Origin: Candidatus Multivoradales bacterium
GTDB taxonomy: Bacteria; Acidobacteriota; Thermoanaerobaculia; Multivoradales; J023
Direction: 5' to 3'
NCBI GenBank assembly: GCA_965248925.1
Contig: CBDFLE010000005.1
Coordinates: 864,001-928,000 of the forward strand
Length of the DNA stretch: 64,000 nt
The notes under the pieces were generated by a model that made no database searches, was not told the DNA's origin, and saw only the letters and a program-made list of their open reading frames with translations. The translations under genes were made by a program, and so were the position numbers. Shown piece after piece: positions 60,127 through 64,000 of this stretch. Numbering within the stretch: position 1 is the stretch's first letter; each line of letters begins with the position of its first letter.

Positions 60127-63100
60127 CAGGGCCCCTCGACCGCCGCCGAGCCGCCGGTACGACGCCCAGATTTACGACATGACGGGCCGTTTTCTCGCAC
60201 CCCCTTATATGCGTTTTTTGCCGAAACCCCACGATTTCCGGCCGAAGTCGTTGATTCTGCTTGGGAAACTGCACCCCGACCACCCCCCGACACCCCCCCG
60301 ACTTGGGGCCGACTTGGCCCCGACTTCTCAGCTTCAGACCCCGACTTCTTTTCGTCGTACCTGAGTGTTTCGACCTCGATCAGCCCCGGCAGTCGCGGCC
60401 GCTCCGGTTCGTCGCTGGCCACGTAAACCAGCTCGTAGACAAAGCTCTGCCCCCGCCCGCCCTGATGCACCAGCAGATACTCAAACTCCTCAAGACGGCG
60501 TAGGTGCAGCTTCAGCTGCGTATTGCCCCAGCCGGTGTGCTCGCGCACCGCCCGCCGGCTGAAACGGTAGTCCGGCCGATCCATCGCCAGCGCCTCACAG
60601 GCTTCGCTGACCATCTCGTCGATCAGCCCCAGCAGGCGCCGCGTCTGCGGCGGCAGCTCATCGAGCGAGCGCCCCAAGACTTCGTGCGCCAGGCGGTTGG
60701 CTGTCTCGATGTCTGTGGCCACCACTTCGACGTACTCCACCTCTCGCCCGTCGACCACCGCCAGCTTCACCTCTCGCTGGTATTGATGCAAAAGAGCAAT
60801 CACGTCGATCAGCGTCAGGTACTTCTCGTGGTCCCGGCGGGTGCGGATTTGCGTATCGAGAAAGGTAAGTTCCGGAGCAAAGGGATTGACCACCGCCAGC
60901 GGCCGCAGCAGCCGCTGCGCGTTCTGGTGCAGCGCCATCACCCCGTCGCGCCGGGTGCGCGAGAGTAGCCCCTCCAGCGTCCGCCGCTGCCGCTGCAGCC
61001 GGTGAATCGCCCGCGTCTGCTCTCGCGCCTCGTCCACCGAGAGCACCAAGCAGCGATTCAAAAGCTCTTCATCGATGTCGATTGCCGTGGTCGTCAAGAA
61101 GATCATCACCGGCCCTTCGACGTGGTACTCGTGCGTCACCAGCTTGCCCGTTGAAGCATCCTTGCCGGTCGAGGCAATCGTCAGCTCGCCCTCCGACTGA
61201 AGCAGCTTCAAGGCGTAGCTAGCCCGCTCGGCCCCCTCCTCCTCGACGATCGCCAGGATCTTGTGCTGCAGATCCGTTTCGCCCATGTAGAACAGCGATT
61301 GCCCGGTCATCGCCGAGTACTTCACTTGCTGCTCACCTGGCATCAGCGACAGCACCGCCTCCATCAGCGCCGACTTGCCGGCCGCCGAGCTCGACTGCAC
61401 CACCACCGCCAAAGGCCGATCCAGAAAGCGCGAGGTGGCCGCCATATAGCCCATGAGCTTGTTGGTTTCCTCGCCCACCACCCCGCAGCGCTCGAAGTCC
61501 GCGAGGATGCGCACCAAGAGATCTGGTGAGCGCAGCAGCTCAAGCGCCGCTTCCTTCTCTCCCTCTGACAGCTCCACCGCCGTCGACTGCGGCTCGAGTG
61601 CTGAGCGGATCTGCTCGTCCTGCAGCTCCTCGAGCTTCAGCAGCACCTTGCCCAGATCCTTCTTGACCACCTTCTCATCGACCCCCAGTTCAGCGGCTGC
61701 CGCCCGCTGAAACACCGCGCGCGGCCGCGCAGCGTAGAGATCGAAGGTATCGACGTGGAAGGCGTCGCCGCGCGACGCCAAAACATTGACCTTGAGCACG
61801 TCGTAAGCCAGGTTCTTCGGCAGACCGCGAATCCTGTAGCGACGATCGCCCAGCGACAGCACCACCTCCTGATCGCGCACTTCCGCCGGCATATCTGGCG
61901 GAGGCGGGGCGGGCAATGGGGAGGCTTCGGCCGGGGCGACCGGCGCCAATACCGCCTCTGCGGCGGTATTAGGCCGTGTCGATTGCTCTGCCGGCGGTGC
62001 CAATGAGCCCACTATGGGCTCGTTGCCCAGTTTCACGTCGGGCGCCTTGCCTTTCCCGAGCCACTGTGCTTTGCGGATCACCACCCCCAGCGACTTCGCG
62101 GCTGGCGTCACCTTCAGCGCATATTCGTTGGCGTCCATGCCGCGCGGAAAGTGAATGCGATAGGCGTCGATCCCGGCACCCACCAGCTTCTCGGCCAGCT
62201 TCCCGGCGGCCTTCTCGCCGGCATCGTCCCGGTCGTAGGCGATCAGCACCCGCTCGACTCCGTGGCCACCGAAGGCTGCCAGCATCTCCGCGGTGAAACC
62301 CTGGATGCCGTAGGCGCTGGTGACGTTGCGGTAGCCCGCGCACCAGAAGGTCAGAGCGTCGATCAGCGACTCGCAAAGGATGATCTCGGTCGAGGCCACC
62401 AGAGCTTCCGCATTGAAGATCCCTCGATGCGGACCCGGCAGATAGAGATGCAAGGGTGTCCCCTTGCGAAGATTCAGTGTGATCTTTCGGCCGTAGATCT
62501 CCACCACCTGGCCTGTTGAATCGAAGACCGGAAAGACGATCGAGCCATTGAAGTGCTCATGACCCGACTTGCGCAGCACGCCGAGCTTCTGCAATCGACC
62601 CCGCATCTCCTTACCCGCCTTCAGCTGCTTCGATGGCAGTCGATAGCCCAGCGTCCGGTTGGCGAAGCCAAGCCTGAAATGCTCGATCATCTCCGGGTGC
62701 TTCAGCCCTCTGCTCTCCAGATAAGCCAGCGCCTCCGGGCTCTCCTTCAAAGCCTCGTGGTAGTAGCCGACGACCTGACCGAGTAGCTCCGCGTCCTCTG
62801 CTTCCGCCACCACCGGCGAAGGCAGGGCCGGCGCCGAAGGCAACGCCTCTGCGACCGCCTCCGCCGGCAGATCCGAGCGCAGCAGCTCGACCGCGTGGCG
62901 AAACGAAACCCCGCGATCTCGCATCACCCAATCGATCACCGACCCGCCCGCCTGGCAGGCGCCCAGGCAATGCCACAGATTCTTCTTCGGCGAGATCACC
63001 AGCGACGGCTCGCGGTCGTCGTGAAACGGGCAGAGCCCCAGCAGGTCCGCCCCGTGGCGTTTCAGTTTCACCCCACGGGCCAGGGCCAGGCGCTCCACCG

Positions 63101-63149
63101 ATACTTCTCGCTTTAGTCGCTCTACCTCGGCTTCTGGAATCCTGCTCAC
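60126..63149 (-). CDS. CHC2 zinc-finger DnaG-type primase fused to a P-loop ATPase/helicase
   Basis: CPFH...WHCLGAC, TOPRIM LCESLIDAL / YDRDDAG, Walker A-like SSSAAGKS, IVEEEG, LLNR; GTG 63149 overlaps the upstream stop. Confidence 0.9.
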   Translation of the reverse strand: MSRIPEAEVERLKREVSVERLALARGVKLKRHGADLLGLCPFHDDREPSLVISPKKNLWHCLGACQAGGSVIDWVMRDRGVSFRHAVELLRSDLPAEAVAEALPSAPALPSPVVAEAEDAELLGQVVGYYHEALKESPEALAYLESRGLKHPEMIEHFRLGFANRTLGYRLPSKQLKAGKEMRGRLQKLGVLRKSGHEHFNGSIVFPVFDSTGQVVEIYGRKITLNLRKGTPLHLYLPGPHRGIFNAEALVASTEIILCESLIDALTFWCAGYRNVTSAYGIQGFTAEMLAAFGGHGVERVLIAYDRDDAGEKAAGKLAEKLVGAGIDAYRIHFPRGMDANEYALKVTPAAKSLGVVIRKAQWLGKGKAPDVKLGNEPIVGSLAPPAEQSTRPNTAAEAVLAPVAPAEASPLPAPPPPDMPAEVRDQEVVLSLGDRRYRIRGLPKNLAYDVLKVNVLASRGDAFHVDTFDLYAARPRAVFQRAAAAELGVDEKVVKKDLGKVLLKLEELQDEQIRSALEPQSTAVELSEGEKEAALELLRSPDLLVRILADFERCGVVGEETNKLMGYMAATSRFLDRPLAVVVQSSSAAGKSALMEAVLSLMPGEQQVKYSAMTGQSLFYMGETDLQHKILAIVEEEGAERASYALKLLQSEGELTIASTGKDASTGKLVTHEYHVEGPVMIFLTTTAIDIDEELLNRCLVLSVDEAREQTRAIHRLQRQRRTLEGLLSRTRRDGVMALHQNAQRLLRPLAVVNPFAPELTFLDTQIRTRRDHEKYLTLIDVIALLHQYQREVKLAVVDGREVEYVEVVATDIETANRLAHEVLGRSLDELPPQTRRLLGLIDEMVSEACEALAMDRPDYRFSRRAVREHTGWGNTQLKLHLRRLEEFEYLLVHQGGRGQSFVYELVYVASDEPERPRLPGLIEVETLRYDEKKSGSEAEKSGPSRPQVGGVSGGGRGAVSQAESTTSAGNRGVSAKNAYKGVRENGPSCRKSGRRTGGSAAVEGP

Positions 63150-63370
63150 TGTGCCGCCCCCGACTCCACCGGAGTAAGCACCAAACGATCCTGCTCGACC
63201 TCCACCCGCAGCCTCTCCCCGCAGCGAAACCCCGCCGCTTCTAGCCAAGCACCCCGCATCCGCACAAACGGCACAAGCCGCACCGAGCACGGGCCGTTGA
63301 CGTAGTGCGGCGCACGGGGCTCGTGCAGGGTAGAGATCGTCAGATATCGCTCAGCTCTCGGCTCAGACAC
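63146..63370 (-). CDS. SymE-family (AbrB-fold) small protein
   Basis: PFVRMRGAWLEAAGFRCGERLRVEV...LVLT matches the SymE pattern PxxxLxGxWLxxAGFxxGxxvxVxV. Confidence 0.85.
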   Translation of the reverse strand: MSEPRAERYLTISTLHEPRAPHYVNGPCSVRLVPFVRMRGAWLEAAGFRCGERLRVEVEQDRLVLTPVESGAAQ

Positions 63371-63659
63371 AGGCCACTCCCGCCAGGCGACCCGCCGAGA
63401 CCTCCTCGATCCGGCCGATCTGATCCGCCGGCACCCACACCACCGGCTGCATTTCCCTCTCCTCCTCGCCCTCTTCCACCCGCGTCACCACCAAACGCCC
63501 GTCACCCACGACGTCCACCCGCACCTGGGCTCCAGGATAGAAGCCGGCGTCGCGCATCCACAGCCCCGCCAGCTGCAGCAGCGGTAGCTGCGCGGACTTG
63601 GGGAAGGCGTGCCAACCGTGGCGGTACAGGGCGGAGATGGTTAGCTTGTGCTCGGTCAT
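63363..63659 (-). CDS. SymE-family (AbrB-fold) small protein
   Basis: PLLQLAGLWMRDAGFYPGAQVRVDV..GRLVVT; GGAGG RBS. Confidence 0.85.
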   Translation of the reverse strand: MTEHKLTISALYRHGWHAFPKSAQLPLLQLAGLWMRDAGFYPGAQVRVDVVGDGRLVVTRVEEGEEEREMQPVVWVPADQIGRIEEVSAGRLAGVACV

Positions 63660-63712
63660 CGGTCTGCCTCCAAATTTCTTCAGTTAACTCAGATGCAACT
63701 CATCTGTGCTCT

Positions 63713-63741
63713 ACAGTACCAATCGGTTGCATTGGTGTCAA
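63713..63741 (-). promoter_or_regulatory. Sigma70 promoter of the SymE-primase-recombinase operon, with an operator palindrome in its spacer
   Basis: Minus strand TTGACA-17-TACTGT; ACCAAT-N7-ATTGGT palindrome (63718-63736) fills the spacer. Confidence 0.7.
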
Positions 63742-63753
63742 GCCTGCAATGTC

Positions 63754-63782
63754 TTGACGCATACCTTCGGGTTGCCTAGAAT
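63754..63782 (+). promoter_or_regulatory. Sigma70 promoter of the XRE gene
   Basis: TTGACG-17-TAGAAT. Confidence 0.7.
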
Positions 63783-63828
63783 TAACTCAGGACGGAAAAA
63801 GGCGTACAAGAAAGGACTGGAAGGTTCT

Positions 63829-64000
63829 ATGAGCCAAGAAAGCGGCACGATCAAGACACGGTTCGGCAAGCGAGTTCTTGAGCTACGCAAGACTCGCAGC
63901 TGGAAGCAAGACGAGCTTGGCAAAAAGCTCGGCACTTCGGGCGTCGTCATCGGGCGCTACGAGCGAGGCGAGGTGATGCCGTCGATCAAGGTGGCTCAGA
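63829..64000 (+). CDS. XRE-family HTH regulator (partial, runs off the window)
   Basis: Manual translation MSQESGTIKTRFGKRVLELRKTRSWKQDELGKKLGTSGVVIGRYERGEVMPSIKVAQ... Confidence 0.88.
   Translation, partial: MSQESGTIKTRFGKRVLELRKTRSWKQDELGKKLGTSGVVIGRYERGEVMPSIKVAQ

Larger units (their letters stand above)
56154..64000 (-). mobile_element. Tandem primase/Xer integrative elements carrying a toxin-immunity cassette
   Basis: Gene order, repeated XRE/SymE divergon, recombinase with an adjacent dif-like site. Confidence 0.75.

Noticed and set aside
60126-63149. Housekeeping dnaG or prophage call
   Set aside because: Fused ATPase, no rpsU/rpoD context, and no capsid, terminase or tail genes in the window
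63150-63290. 47-aa N-terminal extension of the primase in the ORF track
   Set aside because: Overlaps the SymE-like gene; GTG 63149 gives a GTGA coupling and a typical start

Overview
High-GC bacterial chromosome segment; gene content (CRTAC1/TPR lipoproteins, many sulfatase-like lipoproteins, a PVELxxFxVE-tailed exported protein) suggests an Acidobacteriota/Thermoanaerobaculia-like organism, which is inference only. About 1-19 kb is housekeeping (hpt, ridA, ribE/ribD, ftsY, roadblock, HD-GYP, aroB, aspS, gamma-CA, GT2, thioesterase, EamA, GspE/PilB ATPase, priming sugar transferase). About 19-21.4 kb is a broken IS4 abutting the orphaned 3' end of a larger gene. About 21.5-54.7 kb is an envelope/surface-glycan region: site-2 protease, interrupted GT-C/TPR gene, TPR and CRTAC1 lipoproteins, eight GT2/GT4 genes, three Thr-type sulfatase-like lipoproteins, a WbdD-like methyltransferase and an inserted multidomain metzincin. 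From about 54.85 kb to the end lie a decayed IS3 and the most interesting part: an apparently tandem, self-replicating integrative element. It comprises an XRE repressor divergent from SymE-SymE-primase/helicase-tyrosine recombinase, then a highly structured non-coding region with a symmetric dif/cer-like site, a signal-peptide-bearing mini-Rhs toxin with an immunity gene, and the XRE plus truncated SymE of a second unit. No rRNA, tRNA or CRISPR array was seen.
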